Origin: Escherichia coli | Lineage (GTDB): Bacteria > Pseudomonadota > Gammaproteobacteria > Enterobacterales > Enterobacteriaceae | Length of the DNA stretch: 64,000 nucleotides | Assembly (NCBI RefSeq): GCF_013315695.1 | Contig: NZ_CP054353.1 | Direction: 5' to 3' (one strand) | Shown: positions 42,778 to 55,384 of the stretch, in pieces | Position numbering within the stretch: position 1 is the stretch's first letter | Layout of the letters: each line of letters opens with the position of its first letter | Made by a program: the position numbers and the translations under genes | Notes under the pieces: generated by a model | What the model was told of the DNA's origin: nothing | The model's database searches: none | The model's input: the letters and a program-made list of their open reading frames with translations, nothing else

Positions 42778-44127
42778 ATGCTGGATAAAATTGTTATTGC
42801 CAACCGCGGCGAGATTGCATTGCGTATTCTTCGTGCCTGTAAAGAACTGGGCATCAAGACTGTCGCTGTGCACTCCAGCGCGGATCGCGATCTAAAACAC
42901 GTATTACTGGCAGATGAAACGGTCTGTATCGGCCCTGCTCCGTCAGTAAAAAGTTATCTGAACATCCCGGCAATCATCAGCGCCGCTGAAATCACCGGCG
43001 CAGTAGCAATCCATCCGGGCTACGGCTTCCTCTCCGAGAACGCCAACTTTGCCGAGCAGGTTGAACGCTCCGGCTTTATCTTCATCGGCCCGAAAGCAGA
43101 AACCATTCGCCTGATGGGCGACAAAGTATCCGCAATCGCGGCGATGAAAAAAGCGGGCGTTCCTTGCGTACCGGGTTCTGACGGCCCGCTGGGCGACGAT
43201 ATGGATAAAAACCGCGCCATTGCTAAACGCATTGGTTATCCGGTAATTATCAAAGCCTCCGGCGGCGGCGGCGGTCGCGGTATGCGCGTAGTGCGCGGCG
43301 ACGCTGAACTGGCACAATCCATCTCCATGACCCGTGCGGAAGCGAAAGCTGCTTTCAGCAACGATATGGTTTACATGGAGAAATACCTGGAAAATCCTCG
43401 CCACGTCGAGATTCAGGTACTGGCTGACGGTCAGGGCAACGCTATCTATCTGGCGGAACGTGACTGCTCCATGCAGCGCCGCCACCAGAAAGTGGTCGAA
43501 GAAGCACCAGCACCGGGCATTACCCCGGAACTGCGTCGCTACATCGGCGAACGTTGCGCTAAAGCATGTGTTGATATCGGCTATCGCGGTGCAGGTACTT
43601 TCGAGTTCCTGTTCGAAAATGGCGAGTTCTATTTCATCGAAATGAACACCCGTATTCAGGTAGAACACCCGGTTACTGAAATGATCACCGGCGTTGACCT
43701 GATCAAAGAACAGCTGCGTATCGCTGCCGGTCAACCGCTGTCGATCAAGCAAGAAGAAGTTCACGTTCGCGGCCATGCGGTAGAGTGCCGTATCAACGCC
43801 GAAGATCCGAACACCTTCCTGCCAAGCCCGGGCAAAATCACCCGTTTCCATGCACCTGGCGGTTTTGGCGTGCGTTGGGAGTCTCATATCTACGCGGGCT
43901 ACACTGTGCCGCCGTACTATGACTCAATGATCGGCAAACTGATTTGCTACGGTGAAAACCGTGACGTGGCGATTGCCCGCATGAAGAATGCGCTGCAGGA
44001 GCTGATCATCGACGGTATCAAAACCAACGTTGATCTGCAGATCCGCATCATGAATGACGAGAACTTCCAGCATGGTGGCACTAACATCCACTATCTGGAG
44101 AAAAAACTCGGTCTTCAGGAAAAATAA
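42778..44127 (+). CDS. accC: biotin carboxylase
   Basis: 449-aa ATP-grasp enzyme starting [16 protein letters not shown]; the track ORF extension overlaps accB and was rejected. Confidence 0.97.
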
Positions 44128-44174
44128 TTTGTGATGCGCGGTGTTTTCATCGCGCTTAGCAAAGAACGTAATCA

Positions 44175-44208
44175 ACGCCGGGCCTGTTAACGCTGCCCGG
44201 CGTTTTTA
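44175..44208. terminator. rho-independent terminator after accC (also downstream of the convergent islet operon)
   Basis: CGCCGGGC-loop-GCCCGGCG hairpin followed by T5. Confidence 0.7.
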
Positions 44209-44218
44209 TTGCCGTTAG

Positions 44219-45265
44219 CTAACGGTAGCTTGCAATTTCCGCTTTCAACGCGCTAATTTCAGCATCGCCATCAACAATTCCCAGCTCAAAGCAGTATGTC
44301 TTTGTTTCCCCTGGCTCTATAAAGGGCAGACGCCCCTGCGCTCGTTCTTTATCACGACCGTCAGGAAAACTATTGCTGACCTCCAGCCCCATAACATATT
44401 CACCCGCGCCTAAATTTTTCCAGTGGATAAAGTTGGGTAGCTGCATGGTGTCGAATTTCTCGTAAATTCCCCACCCCAGTTCGGCGTTCACCAGCGCAAC
44501 TTTACTCATCCCCTGACTGTCGCTATTCAACGTGAGATAGTAAACCTGCTCGTCAAAACCGGGCTGTGGGGTACAAATCTCCAGATGACTGGTTAACCCT
44601 TCCGCCGCATGCGGGGTTCGTGGCGTTACGCTTTTAGCCGACAGCAAGATTTCTGCCTGTGGCGATAATAAAGGCCAGCCGTAATTAAAGTGATAAAGAA
44701 TTTGCAGCGGCTGGCGGGTGAAACCATGATTAGTCACCTTGTCTTCAATGCGCAGCACATTTTCGCCATAACGGCAGCGAATGGTCCTTTCCAGCGTCAG
44801 ATTTTCACCGAACAATCGTGTTTCCCGTACTTTGCCATTGATGACAAATTCAATGCCGTCGTCGGTCCGTTCTGTGCGATACCCCACCTCTTCTGCTGGA
44901 GTCGCAGCCAAACGCCCGTGTAACCCCAGCGTTTCTCCGTTATCCTCACAGGGCGTGCCAATGTAGCTAAGTCCGCAGGTAGTCAGTAACCCCGCGTAGA
45001 AGCTACGTAAAAACCCGTTGCCCTGAGACTCAAAAAAAGCGGGGGCGACAATGCCGTTGGGGGTGATAAAAGAGAGCGCAGTATCCTTGTAGCTGGCCCA
45101 TGCAATATCCAGCGCGCGATCTTTTACCACCGTAAATGCCAGTCCCGCACCAGTACGGACATCAAACGCTTCTGTCCCCTTTGCTCTGCCACTACGTAAC
45201 TCATAGTGTTTAATTCCGGCAACCTGCGAGAGATCGCCAATCCACGACCAAATTTCGTTTTTCAT
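44219..45265 (-). CDS. mutarotase-like / DUF4432-like protein (islet)
   Basis: 348-aa ORF overlapping the upstream kinase stop by 4 bp; family assignment from memory only. Confidence 0.6.
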   Translation of the reverse strand: MKNEIWSWIGDLSQVAGIKHYELRSGRAKGTEAFDVRTGAGLAFTVVKDRALDIAWASYKDTALSFITPNGIVAPAFFESQGNGFLRSFYAGLLTTCGLSYIGTPCEDNGETLGLHGRLAATPAEEVGYRTERTDDGIEFVINGKVRETRLFGENLTLERTIRCRYGENVLRIEDKVTNHGFTRQPLQILYHFNYGWPLLSPQAEILLSAKSVTPRTPHAAEGLTSHLEICTPQPGFDEQVYYLTLNSDSQGMSKVALVNAELGWGIYEKFDTMQLPNFIHWKNLGAGEYVMGLEVSNSFPDGRDKERAQGRLPFIEPGETKTYCFELGIVDGDAEISALKAEIASYR

Positions 45266-46224
45266 TGTGCTGCTTCCCGAATGGACATGTCATGGCGCTG
45301 GATGAACGCTTCGATTTCCGCAAGGCGAGACGTTCCCTCCATTGGGCCACGTCGGGTTACCGCCAGTGCACCGCAGGCGTTGGCATATTGTAATGCCCGA
45401 TGGGCGTCAAACCCTAGCTGGCGGCAGGCAATCCACGCGCCACCAAAACAGTCTCCCGCACCGGTCGGGTCAACTTCTTCCACCGGATAGCTCTCAACAT
45501 GAAACTGCTCATTCGCGGAGTAGTAACTGGCACCTTGATTGCCGCGCTTCACAATCACCTCTTTAACACCTTCTTCAAGAAAACCAGCGATTGCACGCTC
45601 CGGTGTCGAGTGTGGCGACAAGAGCAACACTTCTCCCTCGCTGGGCATATAGATATCTGTTAACTCAAGAACAAAGTGGAGGGCGTCACGCATTTCTGGA
45701 ATATCGAGCATCTCTTTCCGAATATTAGGGTCAAAAGAAATAACGCCACCATTCTCTTTTACAATGGTTACCGCTTTCTTTACTGCGTCTACCATATGGA
45801 ATGAAAACAGGGATGAACCCATAATATGAAAATGGGTACAGTCCTTCAGAATATTTTCATCAACATGCTGCGCCGATAATTTACCGCAAGCGGCATTCTT
45901 GATATTAAAAATAAAATCGCGATCGCCAGAGTTATGATAAGTAACAAAGGCACTCCCGGTAGCTTCCAGAGGTAAGACTGAAATCCCCCTGATATCCACA
46001 CCGTCAGCAGCCAGACGATGTATATTAATATCACCAAAGCCATCATTCCCCACACAGCTAATGATGCCGCACGGAACGCCAAGACGTGTCACCTGGTCGA
46101 TAAAAATAGCGGGTGCGCCACTGGGATAAGGGCCGTTCCAGATACCTGGTTGATCAAATGGCTGGCCGATTTTACTCGCCATAATTTCAACCAGAATTTC
46201 TCCAATTGTGAAGACCTTACTCAT
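45262..46224 (-). CDS. PfkB-family sugar kinase (islet kinase 1)
   Basis: 320-aa ORF with ribokinase-superfamily motifs (GG..N.A, DPTGAGDCF anion-hole). Confidence 0.85.
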   Translation of the reverse strand: MSKVFTIGEILVEIMASKIGQPFDQPGIWNGPYPSGAPAIFIDQVTRLGVPCGIISCVGNDGFGDINIHRLAADGVDIRGISVLPLEATGSAFVTYHNSGDRDFIFNIKNAACGKLSAQHVDENILKDCTHFHIMGSSLFSFHMVDAVKKAVTIVKENGGVISFDPNIRKEMLDIPEMRDALHFVLELTDIYMPSEGEVLLLSPHSTPERAIAGFLEEGVKEVIVKRGNQGASYYSANEQFHVESYPVEEVDPTGAGDCFGGAWIACRQLGFDAHRALQYANACGALAVTRRGPMEGTSRLAEIEAFIQRHDMSIREAAQ

Positions 46225-46245
46225 ATGATTAATTCCTTGAAATGA

Positions 46246-47235
46246 TTAGCTGCGTTTTCTTTTATTTCTTACGTCAAAATAAACGGCTACAAGAATGACT
46301 AATCCTTTAACCACCATCTGATAGAAATAGGGAACGTTCATTAAGTTCATGCCATTATTAATAACGCCGATGGTTAATGCCCCGATTACCGTCCCCACCA
46401 CGGTTCCATAGCCGCCGTTCAGGCTGGTGCCTCCCAGTACAGCCGCAGCAATAGCATCCAGTTCGTAGCTCAACGCGGAATTCGGTTGCCCGGAATAGAG
46501 GCGTGAGGCGAGGATCATCCCGCTGATACCTGCCAGCACAGCTGTAATCATAAAGACTTTTATTTTCAAGCGGGTGACATTTATCCCTGAATAAACTGCC
46601 GCTTCTTTATTACCACCAGTGATATAAATCTTTCGTCCAAAGGTTGTTTTAGTAAGAATGAAATGGTTAATCAGCAATAAGATAATTAATATCCAGATTG
46701 GAATAGGTATATAGAGAAATTCTCCATTCCCCAGCGCCAGAAAGGCATCATCTTTAATCATGATGGGCATACCATCGGTCACTATATAAGCGATACCACG
46801 GAAGATCCCCATAGTAGCAACGGTGACAATAAACGACGGGATCCCCGCTATAGCCGTCAAGCCACCATTTATCATCCCCAGAGCCAGGGCTGCAATAATG
46901 GATAATGGGACCAATAAAATAAATGGAATTCCCCATGAAGCCCCAAGCGCAGCAAATGTGCCAATCAATGCAATGGTTGAACCAACCGATAAATCAATAT
47001 CGCCAAGCAAAAGTACGTAAGTCATTCCATAGGCGGTAATTGCAATTATCGAAACCTGAAGAATAATATTAGTAATGTTATTGGCGGTAAAAAAACTGTC
47101 ATTAATAAAACTGAACAGAATGATTAACACCACCATTCCACTGAGGATACCGCCATATTGCCTGAAGACTTTTTTAAAATTATTTGCAATGGGAATTTCC
47201 GAAGGTTTCGGACTGGCAAGAGTTTTCTCTGTCAT
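46246..47235 (-). CDS. sugar ABC transporter permease (RbsC/AraH-like)
   Basis: 329-aa polytopic membrane protein abutting the ATPase gene. Confidence 0.85.
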   Translation of the reverse strand: MTEKTLASPKPSEIPIANNFKKVFRQYGGILSGMVVLIILFSFINDSFFTANNITNIILQVSIIAITAYGMTYVLLLGDIDLSVGSTIALIGTFAALGASWGIPFILLVPLSIIAALALGMINGGLTAIAGIPSFIVTVATMGIFRGIAYIVTDGMPIMIKDDAFLALGNGEFLYIPIPIWILIILLLINHFILTKTTFGRKIYITGGNKEAAVYSGINVTRLKIKVFMITAVLAGISGMILASRLYSGQPNSALSYELDAIAAAVLGGTSLNGGYGTVVGTVIGALTIGVINNGMNLMNVPYFYQMVVKGLVILVAVYFDVRNKRKRS

Positions 47236-48735
47236 TTAACGTACTCCTGTTGCAGCGGTCATTACCTGTGTCTGCGTTAAATTTTCACATGAATAAATAT
47301 CGGCAATCGTTTTATTACGCATTACCACCAGACGATCGCTAAGTGCCATGACTTCTGGCAGTTCAGAGGACACCAGAATAATTGCTGTCCCTGCCGCAGC
47401 CAGTTGACGTATCACGTTATAGATTTCAAATTTTGCGCCGACATCCACTCCGCGCGTTGGCTCATCGAGCAATAAAATACGCGGAGTTTTCTCCAGCCAC
47501 TTCGATAACACGATTTTCTGTTGATTACCGCCGCTCAGTGCTCCCACTGCCTGATGTACAGAACTCACTTTAGTGTTCATTCTGGCAATTGATTGCAGCG
47601 TCTTCGCCTCTTCTTGTCGGTGATTGATAAGTCCTATCCGCGAAGCGTTATATTGAAACGCCACATGGTGCGTGTTCATATTGACGTCGTGCATCAGCAC
47701 TAACCCTTCTTCCTTGCGGTTTTCGGTCACAAAAGCAATGCCATGATCAATAGCCTGTTTGGGATTAGCGATCCTGACTTCCTTACCATCAATCAACACA
47801 GTCCCGTGATACGAAACGAGGCCAAATAGCGCCTTCATCACATCGGAACGCCCGGCCCCCACCAGGCCAAAAAATCCGAGGACTTCCCCCGGACGCACAG
47901 CGAAACTGACCTCTTTAAAAAGCGAAGGATGGGAAAGGTTTTTTACTTCCAGTTTTGCAGGAACATTTTCATCCGGCTTTTCCCCAAGACGTGCTGGCCA
48001 AATATTTTTCATTTCCCGACCAACCATTTGGGCAATCAAATGCTGGATATCACTGTTTTTCTTTTCATGCGTAGCGATATACTCACCGTCGCGGATCACC
48101 GAAATATCATCTGAAATCCGCATAATTTCATCCATGCGATGAGAGATATAAATAACCGCACAACCTCGCTGCTTTAATTTCTCAATAATGTTAAACAGAA
48201 TCTCTGCTTCATTATCACTTAGCGAAGATGTCGGTTCATCCATAATCACGACATCTGCTGCATAGCTTAAGGCTTTGGCAATTTCTACCAGTTGCCTATG
48301 TGCCATCGACATATTGCCGACCATTTCCAGCGGATCCAGTGGGATGCCCAGTTCCGCGAGGAGATTCTGGCAATCTGCGAGCATTTTTTTATCGTTAATA
48401 ATGCCAAAACGTCGCGGTTCATTATTGGCATAAATATTTTCCGCCACGGTCATATTATTACTCAGGCTCAGTTCCTGAAAAATAATCGCAATCCCTAACT
48501 GGCGAGAATGCTGCGGATTATTAATGGTGATGGTTTCACCACGTAGTGTTATCGTTCCCTGGGTTGGCGGATAAACACCGGCGAGTATTTTCATTAATGT
48601 CGATTTACCGGCACCATTCTCGCCTAATAAAGTATGCACCCGCCCTTTACGTAAAGAGAGGGTAATATCTTTTAATGCCTGAACATGACCAAATGTCTTC
48701 GCAATATGCGAAACATCAAGAATAACATCCGTCAT
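47236..48735 (-). CDS. sugar ABC transporter ATP-binding protein, duplicated-domain type (RbsA-like)
   Basis: 499-aa ORF with two ABC cassettes (Walker A GENGAGKST, signature LSGGNQQK). Confidence 0.88.
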   Translation of the reverse strand: MTDVILDVSHIAKTFGHVQALKDITLSLRKGRVHTLLGENGAGKSTLMKILAGVYPPTQGTITLRGETITINNPQHSRQLGIAIIFQELSLSNNMTVAENIYANNEPRRFGIINDKKMLADCQNLLAELGIPLDPLEMVGNMSMAHRQLVEIAKALSYAADVVIMDEPTSSLSDNEAEILFNIIEKLKQRGCAVIYISHRMDEIMRISDDISVIRDGEYIATHEKKNSDIQHLIAQMVGREMKNIWPARLGEKPDENVPAKLEVKNLSHPSLFKEVSFAVRPGEVLGFFGLVGAGRSDVMKALFGLVSYHGTVLIDGKEVRIANPKQAIDHGIAFVTENRKEEGLVLMHDVNMNTHHVAFQYNASRIGLINHRQEEAKTLQSIARMNTKVSSVHQAVGALSGGNQQKIVLSKWLEKTPRILLLDEPTRGVDVGAKFEIYNVIRQLAAAGTAIILVSSELPEVMALSDRLVVMRNKTIADIYSCENLTQTQVMTAATGVR

Positions 48736-48795
48736 AATGACCTCGGTGTCACAACAAAACGTCGATAACGTTTTGTTGTGAAATGAAGATGTTTA

Positions 48796-49686
48796 TCATT
48801 TACCTGTATAAACGCCGGGTTGTACCGGGATCATTTTTTCTACCGGTTTACCATTGAGGTGATCAACAGCGGCATCAATGGCTTTAGCACCCATTTGATC
48901 GGGATATTGCCGAATCACGGCCGCAAACGTTTTTTCACTGTCAACGGCATCACGCGCTTCTTTCATGCCGTCAAAACCAATGATTTTGATGTTGTCGTTA
49001 TGCGCAGATTTCGCTGCGATAACCGCTGCCAGCGCCGCATCATCACCAAAGCCAAACAGACCATTCAGGTTGGCATTTGCCTGCATAATGTTTTGCGCAG
49101 TCGTTAACGCTTCAGCCCGCGTAATACCAGGCTGTTCAGCAACAATTTTAATATCCGGTGTATCGCTTAACCCTTTCTTAAAACCATCAACGCGCGCAAC
49201 CACCGATTGTAATGCCGGATAAGAAATAATGGCTACAGTACCTTTACCATTCAAAAGTTTGCCCATTAACTTGCCTGCTTCAACGCCTCCCGCGTAGTTA
49301 TCGGTCGCAACATGCGATACGACCGGAACGCCTTCCGCAGCGACGTCGACGGTGATAACGGGAATACCGGCCTTATCGGCTTTAATTATCGCCGCCTGGA
49401 CGCCTTTCGAATCGACCGGAGAGATAATAATGGCATCCACTTTTTTAGTAATAAAATCCTCAACATCAGAAAGTTGTTTGTTTAAATCCTGATTGGCAAT
49501 AGAGACACTTAAATTGACATTGTCTTTTTTTGCCTCTTCTTTCATGGCATTCGCAAGATCAATATAGAAAGGATGTTGCTGTGTTAATAATGACGCACCA
49601 ATTTTATACTCTTTTGCCAACGAGCTTTGCGAGAACAATGCCAGGCTCACCAACATAGCTGAACCAAGTAATTTAATATTTTTCAT
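48796..49686 (-). CDS. periplasmic sugar-binding protein (RbsB-like)
   Basis: 296-aa ORF with signal peptide MKNIKLLGSAMLVSLALFSQSSLA. Confidence 0.85.
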   Translation of the reverse strand: MKNIKLLGSAMLVSLALFSQSSLAKEYKIGASLLTQQHPFYIDLANAMKEEAKKDNVNLSVSIANQDLNKQLSDVEDFITKKVDAIIISPVDSKGVQAAIIKADKAGIPVITVDVAAEGVPVVSHVATDNYAGGVEAGKLMGKLLNGKGTVAIISYPALQSVVARVDGFKKGLSDTPDIKIVAEQPGITRAEALTTAQNIMQANANLNGLFGFGDDAALAAVIAAKSAHNDNIKIIGFDGMKEARDAVDSEKTFAAVIRQYPDQMGAKAIDAAVDHLNGKPVEKMIPVQPGVYTGK

Positions 49687-49721
49687 AAATAATCCTCATT
49701 GTTTTTGTAGGGTACAACATC

Positions 49722-50603
<882 letters not shown>

Positions 50604-50917
50604 TTACAAAATGAAGAAAGAGAATCTTCACTTTCATTTTGAAAGCAAACTAGCACAGCAAAAGCGGCAAAAAGCGTGATGCATGTCGAATATCATCAAA
50701 ATAACTTACAAAAAATAACTTAATTTGTTTTTTACTTTGTAAGTGAAACCAATGACACCTCTGCATAAATATGAATATATTCATTTATTTTTCAATGTAT
50801 TAAGCTATTTTCGTTGCGATTTTTGACCCATGATTTTCTTTTCGAATTGTCGATATTATTGAAGGGTAACTTTCAAAGAAAAATACAAGGGGCTATAGTG
50901 TTACGCATTAAAGGCCA

Positions 50918-51748
50918 ATGAAGAGTGTTAACGTGCCGAGAAAATCGTCTAACCTACTGAAACGCAGATTAAAAATTGCAGAAATTGTTGCCGCCCAGGG
51001 TGAAATCAAAGTTGATGACTTATCTGCGCAACTTGGTGTCTCTAGCGTGACGATCCGCGGCGATCTCAGTTATCTGGAGCAACAGGGATATTTAAAGCGA
51101 TCATTTGGCGGTGCTATTGCGACACCACTCTCCTCTGAACCAGAAGCGATACAACCGATCGCGCCGTTGTCTCTGGCACAACAAATGGAAATAGCACGAC
51201 ATTGCGCACGGTTAATTCGGGATCGTGACACGCTATTTCTTGGACATGGGACAATCTGCCGTAAGATCATTCCCTTGCTCAGCGAAGTGAAAAAACTGCG
51301 TCTGATCACCAACGATCCCGAACATGCGCTGCTGGCAAATCAGTTTATTGATGGCGAAATAATACTGGCTGGCAGTGAAATGCTGCGCCCCGATACCGCA
51401 CTGGCCGGAAAACCTCTCGAACAGGCACTTCAGCATTTCACCATTACACATAGCATTCTGGAAATCAGCCATCTGGATGCTGATGGTACTTTAAATATCA
51501 ACGTTCCCAGACTTGCCGCTGCCTGGCAGCTCTGTTTCGATAATGCCCAGAATAAGACGGTTATCGTTGCCGCCGATCCTGCGCCATCAACGGCTGCTAT
51601 CGGGCATTTGCATCAAGCAGAAAATGTGATCGTCAGCCGCAGCATTAACGAACAATATCAGCAACAATTGCAGTCGGCTGATTTCGTTATCCTTTATACC
51701 AGTAATGAGTGCTTTACCTGGTCCAATCGCGAAAGGCTTCAGGAATGA
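50918..51748 (+). CDS. DeoR-family transcriptional regulator
   Basis: 276-aa ORF with N-terminal DeoR HTH (LSAQLGVSSVTIRGDL) and sugar-phosphate-binding C-domain; divergent from the aldolase-ABC operon. Confidence 0.8.
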   Translation: MKSVNVPRKSSNLLKRRLKIAEIVAAQGEIKVDDLSAQLGVSSVTIRGDLSYLEQQGYLKRSFGGAIATPLSSEPEAIQPIAPLSLAQQMEIARHCARLIRDRDTLFLGHGTICRKIIPLLSEVKKLRLITNDPEHALLANQFIDGEIILAGSEMLRPDTALAGKPLEQALQHFTITHSILEISHLDADGTLNINVPRLAAAWQLCFDNAQNKTVIVAADPAPSTAAIGHLHQAENVIVSRSINEQYQQQLQSADFVILYTSNECFTWSNRERLQE

Positions 51749-51758
51749 GAGGGGTTTT

Positions 51759-52715
51759 GTGACAATAACTATCTGCGCTATGGGCGAATTGCTGGCCGAG
51801 TTTTTGTCCCGCAACCCACATCAAAAATTCACTCAGCCTGGGGAGTTTATCGGGCCATTTCCCAGCGGTGCACCAGCAATTTTTGCTGCTCAGGTGGCAA
51901 AACTGTCCCATCGGGCCATCTTCTTCGGATGTGTTGGTAATGATGATTTTGGCCGACTCATTATAGAGCGTCTCCGTCATGAAGGTGTCATTACCGATGG
52001 GATTCACGTTATGAACAATGCCGTCACAGGTACGGCGTTCGTGAGTTATCAAAATCCCCAGCAGCGGGATTTCGTCTTTAATATCCCTAACAGCGCCTGC
52101 GGTTTGTTTACTGCCGAGCACATTGATAAGGATCTGCTTAAACAGTGTAACCATCTGCATATTGTGGGCTCATCGTTGTTCTCATTTCGCATGATCGATG
52201 TCATGCGTAAAGCAATAACGACGATCAAATCGGCTGGCGGAACCGTTTCTTTCGATCCCAATATTCGCAAAGAGATGCTGAGCATTCCTGAAATGGCGCA
52301 GGCCCTCGATTATTTGATTGAATATACGGATATTTTTATCCCCAGCGAAAGCGAACTCCCTTTCTTCGCGCGTCACAAAAATCTGTCAGAAGAACAGATT
52401 GTTAGCGATCTTCTCCACGGCGGCGTAAAACATGTGGCGATAAAACGCGCCCAGCGTGGGGCCAGCTATTACAAGCTTAAAAACGGTACATTACACGCCC
52501 AGCATGTTACAGGCCACGATATCGAAATTATCGATCCAACGGGTGCAGGCGACTGCTTTGGCGCAACGTTTATCACTCTTTTCTTATCCGGTTTCCCGGC
52601 ACACAAGGCGCTGCAATATGCAAATGCCAGCGGCGCGCTCGCCGTAATGCAGCAAGGTCCGATGGAAGGGATATCCTCACTGACTGACATTGAAGACTTT
52701 TTGCAGCAGCACTGA
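51759..52715 (+). CDS. PfkB-family sugar kinase (islet kinase 2, paralog of kinase 1)
   Basis: About 50% identical to kinase 1 over its full length; GTG start chosen after RBS GAGAGGGG and by alignment with the kinase 1 N-terminus. Confidence 0.8.
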   Translation: MTITICAMGELLAEFLSRNPHQKFTQPGEFIGPFPSGAPAIFAAQVAKLSHRAIFFGCVGNDDFGRLIIERLRHEGVITDGIHVMNNAVTGTAFVSYQNPQQRDFVFNIPNSACGLFTAEHIDKDLLKQCNHLHIVGSSLFSFRMIDVMRKAITTIKSAGGTVSFDPNIRKEMLSIPEMAQALDYLIEYTDIFIPSESELPFFARHKNLSEEQIVSDLLHGGVKHVAIKRAQRGASYYKLKNGTLHAQHVTGHDIEIIDPTGAGDCFGATFITLFLSGFPAHKALQYANASGALAVMQQGPMEGISSLTDIEDFLQQH

Positions 52716-52807
52716 ACGGCAATTTTCTGTCAGATTATTTTCCCTGCCTGAAGAGTTGCCGTAGAATTGCCCGTTTCTCGTATCCCCCCATGAGGAGGAC
52801 CCCTTCC

Positions 52808-53050
52808 GTGGACACTCGTTTTGTTCAGGCCCATAAAGAGGCGCGCTGGGCGCTGGGGCTGACCCTTTTGTATCTGGCGGTATGGTTAGTAGCCGCTTAC
52901 TTACCTGGCGTTACCCCCGGTTTTACCGGCTTTCCACGCTGGTTTGAGATGGCTTGCATCCTGACGCCGCTGCTGTTTATTGGACTGTGCTGGGCGATGG
53001 TGAAATTTATCTATCGCGATATCCCACTGGAGGATGACGATGCAGCTTGA
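52808..53050 (+). CDS. yhdT: small membrane protein YhdT (DUF997)
   Basis: 80-aa two-helix ORF with GTG start (VDTRFVQAH), overlapping the panF start. Confidence 0.85.
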   Translation: MDTRFVQAHKEARWALGLTLLYLAVWLVAAYLPGVTPGFTGFPRWFEMACILTPLLFIGLCWAMVKFIYRDIPLEDDDAA

Positions 53051-54491
53051 AGTAATTCTACCGCTGGTCGCCTATCTGGTGGTGGTGTTCGGTATCTCTG
53101 TTTATGCGATGCGTAAACGAAGCACTGGCACCTTCCTTAATGAGTATTTCCTCGGCAGCCGCTCTATGGGCGGTATTGTGCTGGCGATGACACTCACCGC
53201 GACCTATATCAGTGCCAGTTCGTTTATCGGCGGGCCTGGAGCTGCTTATAAATACGGCCTGGGCTGGGTATTGCTGGCGATGATTCAGCTTCCTGCAGTC
53301 TGGCTTTCGCTCGGTATTCTCGGCAAGAAGTTCGCAATTCTTGCGCGCCGCTACAATGCGGTGACGCTGAACGATATGCTGTTTGCCCGCTACCAGAGTC
53401 GTCTGCTGGTGTGGCTGGCGAGTTTAAGTTTGCTGGTTGCGTTCGTTGGTGCGATGACCGTGCAGTTTATCGGCGGTGCGCGCCTGCTGGAAACCGCGGC
53501 GGGTATCCCTTATGAAACAGGTTTGCTGATTTTTGGCATCAGCATTGCGCTCTACACCGCCTTTGGCGGCTTTCGCGCCAGCGTGCTGAACGACACCATG
53601 CAAGGGCTGGTGATGCTGATTGGCACCATTGTGCTGCTTATTGGCGTGGTCCATGCTGCTGGCGGCTTAAGCAATGCAGTAGAGACGCTGCAAACCATCG
53701 ATCCGCAACTGGTTACGCCACAAGGCGCTGACGATATTCTGTCACCTGCGTTTATGACGTCGTTCTGGGTGCTGGTGTGCTTTGGCGTTATAGGCCTGCC
53801 GCATACTGCGGTGCGCTGTATCTCTTATAAAGACAGCAAAGCAGTACATCGGGGGATCATCATCGGTACGATTGTAGTCGCAATCCTGATGTTCGGTATG
53901 CATCTGGCCGGAGCGTTAGGTCGGGCGGTGATCCCCGATCTCACCGTACCGGACCTGGTGATCCCGACGTTGATGGTAAAAGTACTGCCACCGTTTGCTG
54001 CCGGGATCTTCCTTGCAGCTCCTATGGCTGCGATCATGTCGACGATCAACGCCCAATTGCTGCAAAGTTCCGCTACGATCATTAAAGATCTCTATCTGAA
54101 TATCCGTCCGGATCAAATGCAAAACGAGACGCGCCTGAAGCGGATGTCGGCGGTGATTACGTTGATTCTCGGCGCGTTGCTGCTGCTTGCTGCATGGAAG
54201 CCGCCTGAAATGATCATCTGGCTGAATTTGCTGGCCTTCGGCGGGCTGGAAGCTGTCTTCCTGTGGCCGCTGGTACTGGGTCTTTACTGGGAACGCGCTA
54301 ACGCCAAAGGCGCGCTAAGTGCGATGATCGTTGGCGGCGTGCTGTATGCCGTACTTGCGACACTGAATATTCAGTACCTGGGCTTCCACCCTATCGTGCC
54401 CTCGTTGCTGCTAAGTTTGCTGGCTTTCCTGGTCGGAAACCGTTTCGGTACGTCCGTCCCGCAAGCTACCGTTTTGACTACTGATAAATAA
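53040..54491 (+). CDS. panF: sodium/pantothenate symporter
   Basis: 483-aa SSS-family transporter from MQLEVILPL. Confidence 0.95.
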
Positions 54492-54502
54492 AGAGTTTTG
54501 CC

Positions 54503-55384
54503 ATGCCTTGGATCCAACTGAAACTGAACACTACCGGCGCGAACGCGGAAGATCTTAGCGATGCGCTGATGGAAGCGGGTGCCGTTTCTATCACTTTTCA
54601 GGATACCCACGATACGCCAGTATTTGAGCCGCTGCCGGGCGAAACGCGCCTGTGGGGCGACACCGATGTGATTGGTCTGTTCGACGCTGAAACCGATATG
54701 AACGACGTGGTGGCGATTCTGGAAAACCATCCGCTGCTCGGCGCGGGCTTCGCGCATAAAATCGAACAACTGGAAGATAAAGACTGGGAGCGCGAATGGA
54801 TGGATAATTTCCACCCGATGCGCTTTGGTGAACGACTGTGGATCTGCCCAAGCTGGCGTGATGTGCCGGACGAAAACGCCGTCAACGTGATGTTAGACCC
54901 AGGGCTGGCGTTTGGTACGGGTACCCATCCAACTACCTCTCTGTGCCTGCAATGGCTCGACAGCCTCGATTTAACCGGTAAAACGGTCATCGACTTTGGC
55001 TGTGGTTCCGGCATTCTGGCTATCGCGGCGCTGAAGCTGGGTGCAGCAAAAGCCATTGGTATTGATATAGACCCGCAGGCGATTCAGGCCAGCCGCGACA
55101 ACGCCGAACGTAATGGCGTTTCTGACCGTCTGGAACTCTACCTACCTAAAGATCAGCCAGAAGAAATGAAAGCCGACGTGGTGGTCGCTAACATCCTTGC
55201 AGGCCCATTACGTGAACTGGCACCGTTAATCAGCGTCCTGCCGGTTTCAGGTGGCTTGCTGGGCCTTTCCGGTATTCTGGCAAGCCAGGCAGAGAGCGTT
55301 TGTGAAGCTTATGCCGACAGCTTCGCTCTGGACCCGGTCGTGGAAAAAGAAGAGTGGTGCCGCATTACCGGTCGTAAGAATTAA
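54503..55384 (+). CDS. prmA: ribosomal protein L11 methyltransferase
   Basis: 293-aa SAM-dependent methyltransferase ([13 protein letters not shown] motif). Confidence 0.95.

Noticed and set aside
42943-43887. 314-aa ORF on the minus strand inside accC
   Set aside because: Entirely antisense to the strongly supported accC reading frame; no independent signals. Long antisense ORFs are common in GC-biased coding sequence.
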